DNA from: Synechococcus sp.
GTDB lineage: Bacteria; Cyanobacteriota; Cyanobacteriia; PCC-6307; Cyanobiaceae
Length of the DNA stretch: 64,000 nt
Direction: 5' to 3'
Assembly: GCA_047285305.1 (NCBI GenBank)
Contig: JBJBDL010000003.1
Location: 1,888,001-1,952,000, forward strand
In this document: in pieces, positions 26,337-36,690 of the stretch
Layout: each line of letters opens with the position of its first letter
How positions within the stretch are numbered: the first letter of the stretch is position 1
Notes under the pieces: generated by a model
Told to the model about the DNA's origin: nothing
What the model saw: the letters and a program-made list of their open reading frames with translations, nothing else
Databases searched by the model: none
Position numbers and translations under genes: made by a program

Positions 26337-27602
26337 ATGAACGACACCTTGCTGCTGGATCCGGTGCGCGTCCTGCGTGGCCCCGGACATTCAGTTCAGC
26401 TCGGTGCAGTCCTGATCAATCAGGGAGTGCTCGTCGGCTTTGACGACGAGGCCCGGCAGCAGGCCCTCGGCCTGGGTATCAAGGCCAGCCCAGCACCGGA
26501 TCAACTGGTCGCCCCCTGCATGGTGGATCCCCATTCCATCCTTGAGACCCCCTTCAGCGGGGATCAAGAAACAGCCGTGAGCCTGCGACACTGTGCCGCC
26601 GCAGGGGGCTATGGCCAGATTGGCCTGCTTCCCCGCAGCAGCAGCTGGCGCGATTGTCCGGAACGGCTCCGGGGATTCAGCCTCGATCAGGATCAAACAG
26701 CAACGGTTCGTCTGCACCTTTGGGGAGGCTTCAGACGCGGCGGCAAGGTGGATGAACTCGCCCCCCACGGCGATCTTCTCGAACACGGTGCCATCGGACT
26801 GGCGGATGATGACGCCATGGTTCCAACCCCGTTGCTGGAACGGGGACTGCTGCTCGGAGAGATGGGTGGATGCCCAGTGCTCGTGGCACCCCGGGATCCC
26901 GCGCTGCAGGGGGAGGGGCTGGTGCGGGAAGGCGTGGAGACGCTGCGGGCCGGGTGGCCAGCGGATCCGATCACCAGCGAGACCGTTCCCCTCAGCCAGT
27001 TGCTGCTGCTGCATCAACGCCATCCAGAACGACAGCTGCGGCTGATGAACCTCTCAACAGCCGCAGCGGTGCAGCAGATTTCAGGCTGCGAGTTCCCGCC
27101 CCTTAGCAGCGTGAGCTGGTGGCATCTTCTGACCGACCGCAGCATGCTGGCCAGCAACGATCCGGGCTGGCGCGTCTGCCCCTCCCTCGGTGGCCCGGAC
27201 GATCGCGAGCAGTTGATCCAGGCCGTTCAGCAGCGAACGATCACCGCCGTGGCTGTGCATGCTGTTCCTCTAGATGCTGAGGACATGCTGTTGCCGGGTG
27301 ACCAGCGCCCCGCAGGCCTCAGCGGCCACCATGTGGTGCTTGCTGCGCTGTGGAATGCCCTGGTGCGGCCGGGCCGCTGGACCGCGGAAGATCTTTGGCA
27401 GGCCCTCAGCTTTGGGCCGTCGGCCCTGATCGACCAGCCCCCTGAACAGCTTGAGCAGGGCAGCAGGCGCTGGCTGCTGTTCGATCCCAATGAACGCTGG
27501 ACCATCAGCAGCAACAACCCCGGGGCACCGCGTGCCGCCAACATTCCCTGGCTGGGCCGCGAGCTTCAAGGACGCGTTGTGGCCTGTGGCCTCAGTTGCT
27601 GA
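26337..27602 (+). CDS. Dihydroorotase-like protein, probably catalytically degenerate
   Basis: Amidohydrolase layout (ET...AAAGGY, P.LG..DR, LFDP) but DPHS replaces DxHxH and AVHAVP replaces TDHAP. Confidence 0.8.
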   Translation: MNDTLLLDPVRVLRGPGHSVQLGAVLINQGVLVGFDDEARQQALGLGIKASPAPDQLVAPCMVDPHSILETPFSGDQETAVSLRHCAAAGGYGQIGLLPRSSSWRDCPERLRGFSLDQDQTATVRLHLWGGFRRGGKVDELAPHGDLLEHGAIGLADDDAMVPTPLLERGLLLGEMGGCPVLVAPRDPALQGEGLVREGVETLRAGWPADPITSETVPLSQLLLLHQRHPERQLRLMNLSTAAAVQQISGCEFPPLSSVSWWHLLTDRSMLASNDPGWRVCPSLGGPDDREQLIQAVQQRTITAVAVHAVPLDAEDMLLPGDQRPAGLSGHHVVLAALWNALVRPGRWTAEDLWQALSFGPSALIDQPPEQLEQGSRRWLLFDPNERWTISSNNPGAPRAANIPWLGRELQGRVVACGLSC

Positions 27603-28284
27603 GCGAACCGATACGCGAAGGGGGCCAGAAGCGGAAGACGGCACGGCCAATTATCTGATCGTCTGGCAAAAACGGACCGCCTGGCCAACGACGGGCGTCC
27701 TGGCTGTTGCGGCGGTTGTCGCCCAAGACAACAACGTTGCCTTCGGGGACCACGGCATAAAGGCCCTTGCAGCCAATCATTCCGTCGCGATCGGAGCAGA
27801 AGTTGGTGACGTAAGGCTCGTTGAAGGCCGTGCCGTTGATGCTCACGGCACCAAGGCTGTTCACCTCAACGACATCACCAGGGACACCCACCACCCGTTT
27901 GATCCAGGCCTCACATTCGGGATAACGCTGCAACAACACACGATCCACAACCCAGCTGATGCCCGGGAAGGTGACGATGCCGCACTTCAGTGGATTGGGT
28001 TGCCCCCCATCCAATTTCCAGACGGGATCAAAGGCACTGGGGGAATTGAACACAACGATTTCTCCCCGCTGAGGAGGTCGGGTGCGGTAGGACAGCTTCT
28101 CGACGATCAACTTGTCGCCCACCTGAAGACCCGGAAGCATTGATCCCGAAGGGATGTATCGGGCTTCAAAGGCGAACTGCCGAAGCAGGAGATAGAGCGA
28201 AACCGTGAACAGAAAAGGGGCCCAGAATTCCCAGATCGCGCTCACTCTGCCCTTCACATCGGAAGGTTCTCTCTCCGCGTTCAA
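27592..28284 (-). CDS. lepB: Signal peptidase I
   Basis: IPSGSMLP, IKRVVGVPGD and LGDNRRNSQDAR; start re-picked at TTG. Confidence 0.95.
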   Translation of the reverse strand: MNAEREPSDVKGRVSAIWEFWAPFLFTVSLYLLLRQFAFEARYIPSGSMLPGLQVGDKLIVEKLSYRTRPPQRGEIVVFNSPSAFDPVWKLDGGQPNPLKCGIVTFPGISWVVDRVLLQRYPECEAWIKRVVGVPGDVVEVNSLGAVSINGTAFNEPYVTNFCSDRDGMIGCKGLYAVVPEGNVVVLGDNRRNSQDARRWPGGPFLPDDQIIGRAVFRFWPPSRIGSLSN

Positions 28285-28335
28285 TGTGGGCAGGCTCAAT
28301 CTTTGGGCCCACGATAGGGGGAGCCTGCAGGCCCC

Positions 28336-29841
28336 ATGATCCGTCCACGCTGGCAAGCCCTCAAGCCCCAATACGGCCTGTTCAGCTGGCGCCGGTGGGA
28401 CCAGGCCATTGCTGTCATCGCCGCAGTGAATCTCACCTGGGTCGCCATCGACCTCACCTACATCCCCCTGCGCAACTTCTGGCTGCAACGCAATCTTTAT
28501 CCGGTGCCATCGCTTCCCCTGGTGGTTCCCCTGCCCTGGCTGCCGGACATCACCCCATGGCTGGATCCCCTCAAAGGCATCGAACCCCATCGCGACACCG
28601 AGGCTTACCTCAAGGCCTACACCGCCCTGGATAGGGCCCTCCAGCAAAACGGCTCGCGCACGGCTGAGAGAACCGATCTGCTGCAGCACCAGGCGGTGCT
28701 CACCACAGCACTGATCGACAGCAACCCGTTCATCAGTTCAGGCCAAGCCGGCGCCCTTGAAAAATTCAAGAACCGACTGCGGGCTCGCACCGGCCTGGAA
28801 TCAGCCCGTGACTCCGCCAACCTTCTCCTGAGCCCCGAGCATCTGGAACGCTCCCCCTGGAGCCAAGAGCGTCAGTTCTGGAGCCAGCAGATCCTTCCGC
28901 TGGTGGAAAGCAACTACTGGCGAAGTATTGATGAAAACGGGCGCCCCAGCGATTTGAGCTGGCGCATCGACACGCCATTTCAACTGCTGTTTCTGCTCGA
29001 CATTCTTCTGCGGGCCTGGCGCCTGAAACAGCGCTATCCGGCGATCCGCTTGCGCGATGCCCTGTTACGCCGCTGGATCGACCTGCCCCTGCTGCTGCCG
29101 TTTGCGCGCTGGCTCAGGGTGGTTCCGGTCACAGAACGGCTTTGCGGCGCGGGCCTACTGCAACTCGAACCGCTTCGTGCCGTGATCAGCCGCGGCGTGG
29201 TGGCCCTATTGGCTGTGGAGCTGTTTGAAGTGATCGCCGTCAGGGTGGTCGATGCTCTGCAGCAACTGATCCGATCACCACAGCTGCCGGAGAGGGTTCG
29301 CGGACTCTGCAGCTACCAGAGCAGTGATCTGAACGATGAGCGGGAGGTGATCGAGCTGCTGCGGTTGTGGCTTCCCCTTCTGCTCACCCGCATTGGCCCG
29401 GCCATGCGACCGCAACTGCAAGCCGTGGTCAGCCATCTGGTCCAGCAGAGCTTGGACCGGAACGTGGTGCCGGATGCCCTGCGGAGGCTTCCTGGACTGC
29501 AAAACGCCGAATCGGAATTCAGCCGCCAGATGGGTGAAAGCATGGTGTCCTCCGTGCTCGACCTGTCCAAGGAAGCCGGAAACCGTATCGGTCAAAGGGA
29601 CCCTGTTCTGGAATCGCTTGGATCCGAGGCCTTGGATCGGCTCTGGGAAGAGCTGGCCCACACCCTGGAACAGGGGCCTGTCCTGAGCCGCAGCCAGGAT
29701 CTGCTGGTCGCACTCCTGGAAGAGATCAAACGCTCAAGCTTCCGTCAGATCCGCGACCAAGGCGATGTGGACGCCCTGATCAGCGAATTGGATGGCTTGA
29801 ACTTCAACCTTGGAATATCGACTCCCAAAGATCAGGCTTGA
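28336..29841 (+). CDS. Conserved membrane protein with voltage-sensor-like segment
   Basis: 501 aa; FLLDILLR...RRWIDLPLLLPFARWLRVVP; helical C-terminal half. Confidence 0.7.
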   Translation: MIRPRWQALKPQYGLFSWRRWDQAIAVIAAVNLTWVAIDLTYIPLRNFWLQRNLYPVPSLPLVVPLPWLPDITPWLDPLKGIEPHRDTEAYLKAYTALDRALQQNGSRTAERTDLLQHQAVLTTALIDSNPFISSGQAGALEKFKNRLRARTGLESARDSANLLLSPEHLERSPWSQERQFWSQQILPLVESNYWRSIDENGRPSDLSWRIDTPFQLLFLLDILLRAWRLKQRYPAIRLRDALLRRWIDLPLLLPFARWLRVVPVTERLCGAGLLQLEPLRAVISRGVVALLAVELFEVIAVRVVDALQQLIRSPQLPERVRGLCSYQSSDLNDEREVIELLRLWLPLLLTRIGPAMRPQLQAVVSHLVQQSLDRNVVPDALRRLPGLQNAESEFSRQMGESMVSSVLDLSKEAGNRIGQRDPVLESLGSEALDRLWEELAHTLEQGPVLSRSQDLLVALLEEIKRSSFRQIRDQGDVDALISELDGLNFNLGISTPKDQA

Positions 29842-30166
29842 AGCCGGTGAGGTACGTGGAGGAATTCACCTCCACAAACGGACGTTTGATCAATTTCCCA
29901 TCGGCAGCCAAGGCCTCGAGAGCCTCGTCATCTGTCAGAGCCTTAACTGCCGCCGCGCCCATGGCGCGATAGCTCTGGCCGCTGGTATTGAACAACAGCT
30001 TCCTGTCACCGAGAGATTGGTGAGCGGCTAACAACATCTTCTTGGACGGCGGAGTCGAGGTGATGTCGTGCACCTCATGGGCAATACCCCGCTCAGTTAG
30101 CCAGGCCAATGCCTTTCGACAGGTGCTGCAGCGGTTGTAGCTGTAGACCTGGAGAGTTCCGGCCAA
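29804..30166 (-). CDS. ArsC/Spx-family protein
   Basis: CSTCRKA, NTSGQSYR and LIKRP motifs. Confidence 0.9.
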   Translation of the reverse strand: MAGTLQVYSYNRCSTCRKALAWLTERGIAHEVHDITSTPPSKKMLLAAHQSLGDRKLLFNTSGQSYRAMGAAAVKALTDDEALEALAADGKLIKRPFVEVNSSTYLTGFKPDLWESIFQG

Positions 30167-30169
30167 GAC

Positions 30170-30529
30170 TCAGCGGCCGAACAGGGATTTGATCGCGCCA
30201 ACGAGGCTGTTGGAGCCTCGGCCCACGCCTTCAGCGGGACGGGTGCGAACGGTGACATCACCATTCACGGTGGTGCGGCAGCTCAGGCGGAAGTTGGCGG
30301 GACGATCGGCCAGGTAGACCTCTTCAACGTCGCTGCGGGGGGAAAGGTTGGCCTGCCCTTCAAGCACCTCCATCACGCAGGTGCCGCACTGACCAACACC
30401 ACTGCAGTTGTTGAGGTTGTTGAGACTCTTGTAGGGATTGACGCCTGCATCGAGTGCAGCCTTACGCAGATTTGCGCCCTCGATGCAGCCAACCTGCTGG
30501 CCTTCCTGCTCGAATCGGATGGTGGGCAC
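30170..30529 (-). CDS. [2Fe-2S] ferredoxin-like protein
   Basis: NCSGVGQCGTC...RLSC; GANLRKAAL. Confidence 0.9.
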   Translation of the reverse strand: MPTIRFEQEGQQVGCIEGANLRKAALDAGVNPYKSLNNLNNCSGVGQCGTCVMEVLEGQANLSPRSDVEEVYLADRPANFRLSCRTTVNGDVTVRTRPAEGVGRGSNSLVGAIKSLFGR

Positions 30530-30598
30530 GGGTTCCGCAAATCTCAGTGCGCTCCAACTTACAAGCATCCGGCCTGATCAAGGGGCTCTTCCCTGAGA

Positions 30599-31108
30599 TC
30601 AATCGGCTGCATTGATGCAGGAATCAAGCAAAGGTTGAACCGCATCGAGGTCGCGCCATCCATCAATCGATACGACGCTGCCCTGCAACGTGCGGTAAGT
30701 CCTGAAGAATTCAGCGACATCCTCCAGCTGGGATGCAGCGATCTGACGAATGCTGCGGATCTCGTCCTGACGGGGGTCTGCGTCCGGGACACAGAGAATC
30801 TTCCCGTCGTACACATCCCGGTCGTGGAGGTCCAACACACCGATGGGGCGAGCCTTAATCAGGCAACCAGCGAACGTGGGTTCGGCCATGATCACCATGG
30901 CGTCGAGAGGAGATCCATCCTCCGCCAGAGTGTTGGGGATGAAGCCGTAATCGAAGGGGTAACGCACTGAGGAGTGCATCACCCGATCAAGAACCATCAC
31001 GCCGGCTTCGGCGGAGTACTCGTACTTATTTCTACTTCCTGCCGGAATCTCAACGATGAGATTCACCAAGCCTGGCGAAGGCGACGGGGGGAGCTGATGG
31101 AGATCCAT
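30599..31108 (-). CDS. ppa: Family I inorganic pyrophosphatase paralog with altered active site
   Basis: EIPAGSRNKYE, LDR, YPFDYGFIP and DGSPLD. Confidence 0.88.
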   Translation of the reverse strand: MDLHQLPPSPSPGLVNLIVEIPAGSRNKYEYSAEAGVMVLDRVMHSSVRYPFDYGFIPNTLAEDGSPLDAMVIMAEPTFAGCLIKARPIGVLDLHDRDVYDGKILCVPDADPRQDEIRSIRQIAASQLEDVAEFFRTYRTLQGSVVSIDGWRDLDAVQPLLDSCINAAD

Positions 31109-31310
31109 GCTGATCCGAAGCGGTGGGGATCAGTCGCGGAGAAGGGAAGGTTCGATCCGTGATCACAGCCACAAGGGGAGCACTGAAACTGACAACAGCA
31201 ATCAGCAGTCCTTTGATGGCCGTCAACGAGGCGCGACGACTGAACGGCTCATCCGCCTCCGAAGACGCGATGGCGTCGTCGTGAGACGGGTGGGGAACAT
31301 CTGAGGCCAT
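31050..31310 (-). CDS. Small membrane hypothetical protein
   Basis: Single TM helix; 3' end overlaps the ppa start. Confidence 0.5.
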   Translation of the reverse strand: MASDVPHPSHDDAIASSEADEPFSRRASLTAIKGLLIAVVSFSAPLVAVITDRTFPSPRLIPTASDQHGSPSAPPVAFARLGESHR

Positions 31311-31398
31311 AAAACGGGGAGCTGGAAGAAGCTCCCTCTTTCGATAACAACGTTGTTCAACTCATTCTGTCACTGCCAAATGCAGGACGCACCGATCT

Positions 31399-31851
31399 TT
31401 AAGCAGCTGGCCGGTCCTGCTGGTCGAGTCGTGCGCTCAGATCAGAGGGTGATGCACCACTTGTCTCGAGATGGGTTCGGATCAGCCGGAGCTCCTCAAG
31501 GATCGATCCCAGGATTTGCTGCGTCGCCGTTGAAGGAGAGTTCAGCACCTCAACAGTGACTTCTTTGATACGGAGAACATCTTTGGCGAAGCGCGCCACC
31601 TCATTGGGGTGGAACATCAGCGGATCTTTCTGATCGCTGCGGTACTCCGGGTTCAGCTTGCGGGGGTTGAATGGAGGGTTGAGATTACGAGGGTCTGTGT
31701 TGGTGTAGCGATAAACCGAAGCGCGGGAGCGGTTCAGGGATTTCTGAACGTCGTCGATTCCCACCAGGGCCTCAGCTTGGGCCGGATCAATGGAAAGTTC
31801 GGTCGCTTGTTGAACGCTTGTCGCCACAGATTCAACAGAGCGAGGAAACAT
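31399..31851 (-). CDS. Conserved cyanobacterial HTH DNA-binding protein (often labelled resolvase)
   Basis: IDDVQKSLNRSRASVYRY excisionase/AlpA-like HTH; coiled C-terminus; no catalytic recombinase domain. Confidence 0.75.
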   Translation of the reverse strand: MFPRSVESVATSVQQATELSIDPAQAEALVGIDDVQKSLNRSRASVYRYTNTDPRNLNPPFNPRKLNPEYRSDQKDPLMFHPNEVARFAKDVLRIKEVTVEVLNSPSTATQQILGSILEELRLIRTHLETSGASPSDLSARLDQQDRPAA

Positions 31852-31998
31852 GAGACGGGCCTAGGACAGGCTGGATTGAGCTGGACGGTAGCAGCCGAGA
31901 CTCAGGGCGCACAGAGGAATTCCAGCAAAACAGACACTTCCGCAATCGGCATGCCTCCGAAGCGGTGATAACTTCCAAATCCCAGTTTGTTGCGATTA

Positions 31999-33780
31999 AT
32001 GCGCGTCTCCCGCCTGCTGCTGGTGACGCTTCGGGAAGTTCCCGCCGAAGCGGAGATCGCCTCGCATCAGTTGCTTCTCAGGGCCGGGTATATCCGTCGT
32101 GTTGGGTCGGGGATCTACGCCTACCTCCCCTTGATGTGGAGGGTGCTGCAAAAGATCACCGCCGTGGTGCGCGAGGAGATGAACCGCGCAGGCGCCCAGG
32201 AAACCCTGCTGCCGCAGCTGCACCCTGCTGAGCTCTGGCAGAAAAGCGGGCGTTGGCAGGGCTACACCGCTGGCGAGGGGATCATGTTCCACCTCGAAGA
32301 CCGCCAGGGCAGAGAACTGGGGCTTGGCCCAACCCATGAAGAGGTGATCACCAGCCTGGCGTGCGAGCTGCTGAGGTCATACCGGCAGCTCCCTGTGAAC
32401 CTCTATCAGATCCAGACCAAATTCCGCGACGAGATCCGTCCCCGCTTTGGCCTGATGCGAGGCCGTGAATTCATCATGAAGGACGCGTATTCCTTCCATG
32501 CCAGCGAAGCGGATCTTCGCGAGACCTACGGCGCCATGGATCAGGCCTACCGCCGCATCTTTGAACGTTGTGGCCTGGATGCCGTCCCTGTCGATGCCGA
32601 TAGCGGAGCGATCGGCGGCGCCGCCTCCCAGGAGTTCATGGTGACGGCGGATGCAGGGGAAGACCTGATCCTGATCAGCGATGACGGCCAATACGCCGCC
32701 AATCAAGAGAAGGCTGTTTCGACCCCATCCGACGCATCTCCTCTCCCCAACGGCCCGGAGGAATCGATTCCAACCCCTTGCTCGGGCACCATCGAGAGCC
32801 TCTGCGACTCCAAAGGCTGGGATCCGAGCCAGATAGTGAAGGTGCTGCTGTTCGTGGCGACCCTGGACGATGAGACCCTCCAACCTCTGTTGGTGAGCCT
32901 CCGTGGTGACCAGGAGCTCAATCCCACCAAGGTCGTGAACGCGGTCAGCCGAACCCTCAACAAGGGTGTTCTCGATTGCCGCCCAATAACACCAGAGGAC
33001 AGCAACCGTCAGCAGATTGATCCGCTCCCCTTTGGATCGATCGGGCCCGACCTCTCCGATGACGTCCTGCAGGGAGCCAAAACCTGGGAGCCAACATTCC
33101 TGCGTCTGGCTGATGAAACCGCCAGCGAACTCGGCAGCTTCATCTGTGGTGCCAACACGCCCGATCTGCACCGTTTCAACACCAGCTGGAGCGCCATCGG
33201 GCAGAAGCCGACCAGCCTGGATCTACGTAATGCACGGGCAGGCGACTTCTGCCAACACAACCCGGAATCACGACTGACGGAAAAAAGAGGCATCGAGGTC
33301 GGCCACATTTTTCAGTTGGGCCGGAAATATTCCGAAGCCATGGAGAGCCGTTTCACCAATGAGAACGGCAAGACCGAACCGTTCTGGATGGGTTGCTATG
33401 GAATCGGCGTTTCCAGGCTGGCGCAGGCGGCTGTCGAACAGCACCACGACGACAGCGGCATCTGCTGGCCGACCGCCATCGCCCCTTTTGAAGCCATCGT
33501 GGTTGTTGCCAACATCCAGGACGACACCCAGGCCCAGCTGGGGGAAGCGCTCTATGCGGAGCTTCAAGCTGCTGGCGTCGATGTGCTCCTCGACGACCGC
33601 AAGGAACGCGCCGGCGTCAAGTTCAAAGACGCGGATCTGATCGGCATCCCTTGGCGGATCGTGGTGGGTCGGGACGCCAGCGAGGGCACCGTTGAACTGG
33701 TGTGCCGCAGCAGCCGCGAGGCGCAAAAGCTTCCCCACGCCGAGGCTGTGAACTGCCTGATCAAGTCACTCCACCCCTAG
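31999..33780 (+). CDS. proS: Proline--tRNA ligase
   Basis: GPTHEE, KFRDEIRPRFGLMRGREF, IEVGHIFQLG and MGCYGIG. Confidence 0.98.
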   Translation: MRVSRLLLVTLREVPAEAEIASHQLLLRAGYIRRVGSGIYAYLPLMWRVLQKITAVVREEMNRAGAQETLLPQLHPAELWQKSGRWQGYTAGEGIMFHLEDRQGRELGLGPTHEEVITSLACELLRSYRQLPVNLYQIQTKFRDEIRPRFGLMRGREFIMKDAYSFHASEADLRETYGAMDQAYRRIFERCGLDAVPVDADSGAIGGAASQEFMVTADAGEDLILISDDGQYAANQEKAVSTPSDASPLPNGPEESIPTPCSGTIESLCDSKGWDPSQIVKVLLFVATLDDETLQPLLVSLRGDQELNPTKVVNAVSRTLNKGVLDCRPITPEDSNRQQIDPLPFGSIGPDLSDDVLQGAKTWEPTFLRLADETASELGSFICGANTPDLHRFNTSWSAIGQKPTSLDLRNARAGDFCQHNPESRLTEKRGIEVGHIFQLGRKYSEAMESRFTNENGKTEPFWMGCYGIGVSRLAQAAVEQHHDDSGICWPTAIAPFEAIVVVANIQDDTQAQLGEALYAELQAAGVDVLLDDRKERAGVKFKDADLIGIPWRIVVGRDASEGTVELVCRSSREAQKLPHAEAVNCLIKSLHP

Positions 33781-33804
33781 AGTCAGAAAACACTGAAGGG
33801 TCTC

Positions 33805-34230
33805 ATGCTCTCCGCACTGACACGCCTGCTTCGCCCCCTCAGCCGGGCCGCCGTAGCCCTTGGCCTCGGGTTATGCCTCTTACTGACGGCCTGCAGTGGG
33901 GACGCTGAAGCTCGTCTGAGCGGCGACTACGTGGAAGACACCGTGGCGGTCTCCCGCACTCTGCTGACGATGATCGACCTGCCTCAGGACGATCCCACCC
34001 ACGCCGAAGCTGAAGCCGACGCGCGGGCCCTGATCAACGACTACATGTCTCGTTATCGGCCTCAGCCCCGTGTGAACGGACTCAGCTCCTTCACCACAAT
34101 GCAGACCGCGCTGAATTCGCTGGCTGGTCATTACGCCTCATACGCCAATCGCCCCCTGCCGGAAGCGCTTCATGACCGCATCGCCAAAGAACTCAACAAG
34201 GCCGAGAAATCAGTGGTCCGTGGCAGCTGA
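33805..34230 (+). CDS. psb27: Photosystem II assembly lipoprotein Psb27
   Basis: Lipobox LTAC; GDYVEDT; SFTTMQTALNSLAGHY. Confidence 0.95.
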   Translation: MLSALTRLLRPLSRAAVALGLGLCLLLTACSGDAEARLSGDYVEDTVAVSRTLLTMIDLPQDDPTHAEAEADARALINDYMSRYRPQPRVNGLSSFTTMQTALNSLAGHYASYANRPLPEALHDRIAKELNKAEKSVVRGS

Positions 34231-34321
34231 ACCGCCAAGACAAGTTCAGTTTTGACGAGGCCACCCGAGATCTGAGATACTCGCAGATTGTGCAGATCTG
34301 CGGCTTCGGGCCGCCGTGTTC

Positions 34322-35635
34322 TTGGCCAACGTTGTCGTCATCGGAGCGCAGTGGGGTGACGAGGGAAAAGGAAAGATCACCGATCTCCTGAGCCGCTCCG
34401 CCGATGTGGTGGTCCGTTACCAGGGTGGTGTGAATGCAGGCCACACGATTGTTGTTGACGATCGTGTGCTCAAGCTGCACCTGATTCCCTCTGGAATCCT
34501 CTATCCCGACACGATCTGTCTGATCGGATCCGGCACGGTGGTGGATCCCAAGGTGATGCTCGGTGAGCTGGACATGCTCATTGCCAACGACATTGATATT
34601 TCAGGGCTTCGCCTGGCATCCACGGCCCACGTGACGATGCCCTACCACCGCCTGCTCGACCAGGCCATGGAGAAGCAGCGCGGAGCACGACGGATCGGAA
34701 CCACAGGCCGTGGAATCGGCCCCACCTACGCCGACAAGTCGCAACGCAGCGGCATCCGTGTGATCGACCTGCTGGACGAAAAGCGGCTCAGGGATCGCCT
34801 TGAAGGCCCTCTTCAGGAGAAGAACGAACTTCTTCAAACCATCTATGGCGTTGCGCCCCTGAACGCCGAAGACGTCATCCAGGAATATCTGGGATACGGC
34901 AAACGCCTCGCCCCCCACGTGGTGGAGTGCACCCAGACGATTCATCAGGCAGCGCGAGATCGCAAGAACATCCTTTTCGAAGGTGCCCAGGGCACGTTGT
35001 TGGACCTGGACCACGGCACCTACCCCTACGTCACGTCCTCCAATCCCGTTTCCGGCGGTGCCTGCATAGGTGCAGGCGTCGGCCCGACCCTGATTGACCG
35101 CGTCATCGGCGTCGCCAAGGCCTACACCACCCGCGTGGGTGAAGGCCCTTTCCCCACCGAGCTGAGCGGAAGCCTGAATGACCAACTCACGGAACGCGGT
35201 GGTGAATTCGGCACCACCACTGGCCGACAAAGGCGCTGTGGATGGTTTGACGGCGTGATCGGTCGTTACGCCGTGCAGGTCAACGGCTTGGACTGTCTGG
35301 CCGTGACCAAGCTGGATGTGCTGGACGAACTGGACGAAATTCAGGTCTGCGTGGCCTACGAACTCAACGGCGAGCGAATCGAGCACTTCCCCAGCAGTGC
35401 CGATGACTTCGCCCAGTGCAAACCCATCTTCGAAACGCTGCCTGGCTGGCAGTGCTCCACTGAGGAATGCCGCAGCCTTGAAGATCTCCCAAAACCGGCC
35501 ATGGATTACCTGCGCTTCCTCGCCGATCTGATGGAGGTGCCGATCGCCATTGTCTCCCTGGGGGCCAGCCGTGATCAGACCATCGTTGTCGAAGATCCGA
35601 TCCATGGCCCCAAGCGGGCCCTGTTGAGCGCCTAA
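34322..35635 (+). CDS. purA: Adenylosuccinate synthase
   Basis: [24 protein letters not shown] and [12 protein letters not shown]. Confidence 0.98.
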   Translation: MANVVVIGAQWGDEGKGKITDLLSRSADVVVRYQGGVNAGHTIVVDDRVLKLHLIPSGILYPDTICLIGSGTVVDPKVMLGELDMLIANDIDISGLRLASTAHVTMPYHRLLDQAMEKQRGARRIGTTGRGIGPTYADKSQRSGIRVIDLLDEKRLRDRLEGPLQEKNELLQTIYGVAPLNAEDVIQEYLGYGKRLAPHVVECTQTIHQAARDRKNILFEGAQGTLLDLDHGTYPYVTSSNPVSGGACIGAGVGPTLIDRVIGVAKAYTTRVGEGPFPTELSGSLNDQLTERGGEFGTTTGRQRRCGWFDGVIGRYAVQVNGLDCLAVTKLDVLDELDEIQVCVAYELNGERIEHFPSSADDFAQCKPIFETLPGWQCSTEECRSLEDLPKPAMDYLRFLADLMEVPIAIVSLGASRDQTIVVEDPIHGPKRALLSA

Positions 35636-35676
35636 GCCGCTGACGTTCATACTTCGGGGCTGCTTTCCACGCCCCG

Positions 35677-36690
35677 ATGTCATCAGAGATCCGTTTCCCC
35701 AGCGATTGCAATCTCGATGTCGTTGGCATCGGCAACGCCATCGTTGATGTTCTGGTGCAGACGGACGACAGTTTCATCGCTGAACACGGCCTCCAGAAAG
35801 GGAGCATGGCGCTGATCGATGAACAGCAAGCTGAGGCTCTCTACAAGGCCAGTGGAACGGGCCTCGAGACATCCGGTGGATCGGTCGCCAACACCATGGT
35901 GGGCATCGCCCAGCTCGGCGGACGCGCTGGTTTCATCGGCCGCGTCCGGGACGACCAGCTCGGCAGCATTTTCAGCCATGACATCCGGGACGTTGGGGCA
36001 CGCTTTGAGACCCCGGCAGCCACCAGTGGATCCACAACAGCGCGCTGCCTGATTTACGTCACGCCCGATGCCGAGCGGACCATGTGCACCTTCCTTGGGG
36101 CTTCCACCCAACTGGAGCCAGAGGATCTCGACCTCTCCATGGTCAAGCAGGCCAAGGTGCTTTACCTGGAGGGCTACCTCTGGGACAGTCCAGCCGCCAA
36201 ACGGGCCTTCATCGCCGCCGCCGAAGCCTGCCGTGAAGCAGGCGGCAAGGTGGCTCTTTCCCTCTCCGATAGCTTCTGTGTGGATCGGCACAGATCGAGT
36301 TTTCTCGAGCTGGTGAATGGCCACGTCGACGTGCTGTTCGCCAATGACGTTGAAATTCAGTCGCTCTACGAGACCGACGATTTCGACCAAGCCCTCGCGC
36401 GGGTGCGCGGCTGCTGCTCAGTGATTGCGATCACCCGTGGTGCCCAGGGATCCGTCGTGCTGAGTGGAGACCAGCGCTGGGATGTCGGCATCTTCGGCCT
36501 TGGAGACCTGGTGGACACCACTGGAGCAGGCGACCTCTATGCCGGGGGATTTCTGCATGGCTTCACCCAGGGCGAGTCACTTGAGCGCTGTGGTGAGCTC
36601 GGAGCCCTCTGCGCCGGCCAGATTGTGACCCAACTGGGGGCCCGCTCCCAGGTCTCCCTTAAGCAGCTGGCGGAGACGCATCTGAACTGA
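35677..36690 (+). CDS. PfkB-family carbohydrate/adenosine kinase
   Basis: GNAIVD, GGSVAN, YLEGY and DTTGAGD. Confidence 0.92.
   Translation: MSSEIRFPSDCNLDVVGIGNAIVDVLVQTDDSFIAEHGLQKGSMALIDEQQAEALYKASGTGLETSGGSVANTMVGIAQLGGRAGFIGRVRDDQLGSIFSHDIRDVGARFETPAATSGSTTARCLIYVTPDAERTMCTFLGASTQLEPEDLDLSMVKQAKVLYLEGYLWDSPAAKRAFIAAAEACREAGGKVALSLSDSFCVDRHRSSFLELVNGHVDVLFANDVEIQSLYETDDFDQALARVRGCCSVIAITRGAQGSVVLSGDQRWDVGIFGLGDLVDTTGAGDLYAGGFLHGFTQGESLERCGELGALCAGQIVTQLGARSQVSLKQLAETHLN

Noticed and set aside
31399..31851. Resolvase or mobile element
   Set aside because: Only an HTH is visible, with no serine or tyrosine recombinase catalytic motif; core-like context next to proS
34231..34321. Purine riboswitch in the purA leader (short hairpins at about 34282-34313)
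   Set aside because: No recognisable purine-aptamer core; short GC stems are common at this base composition
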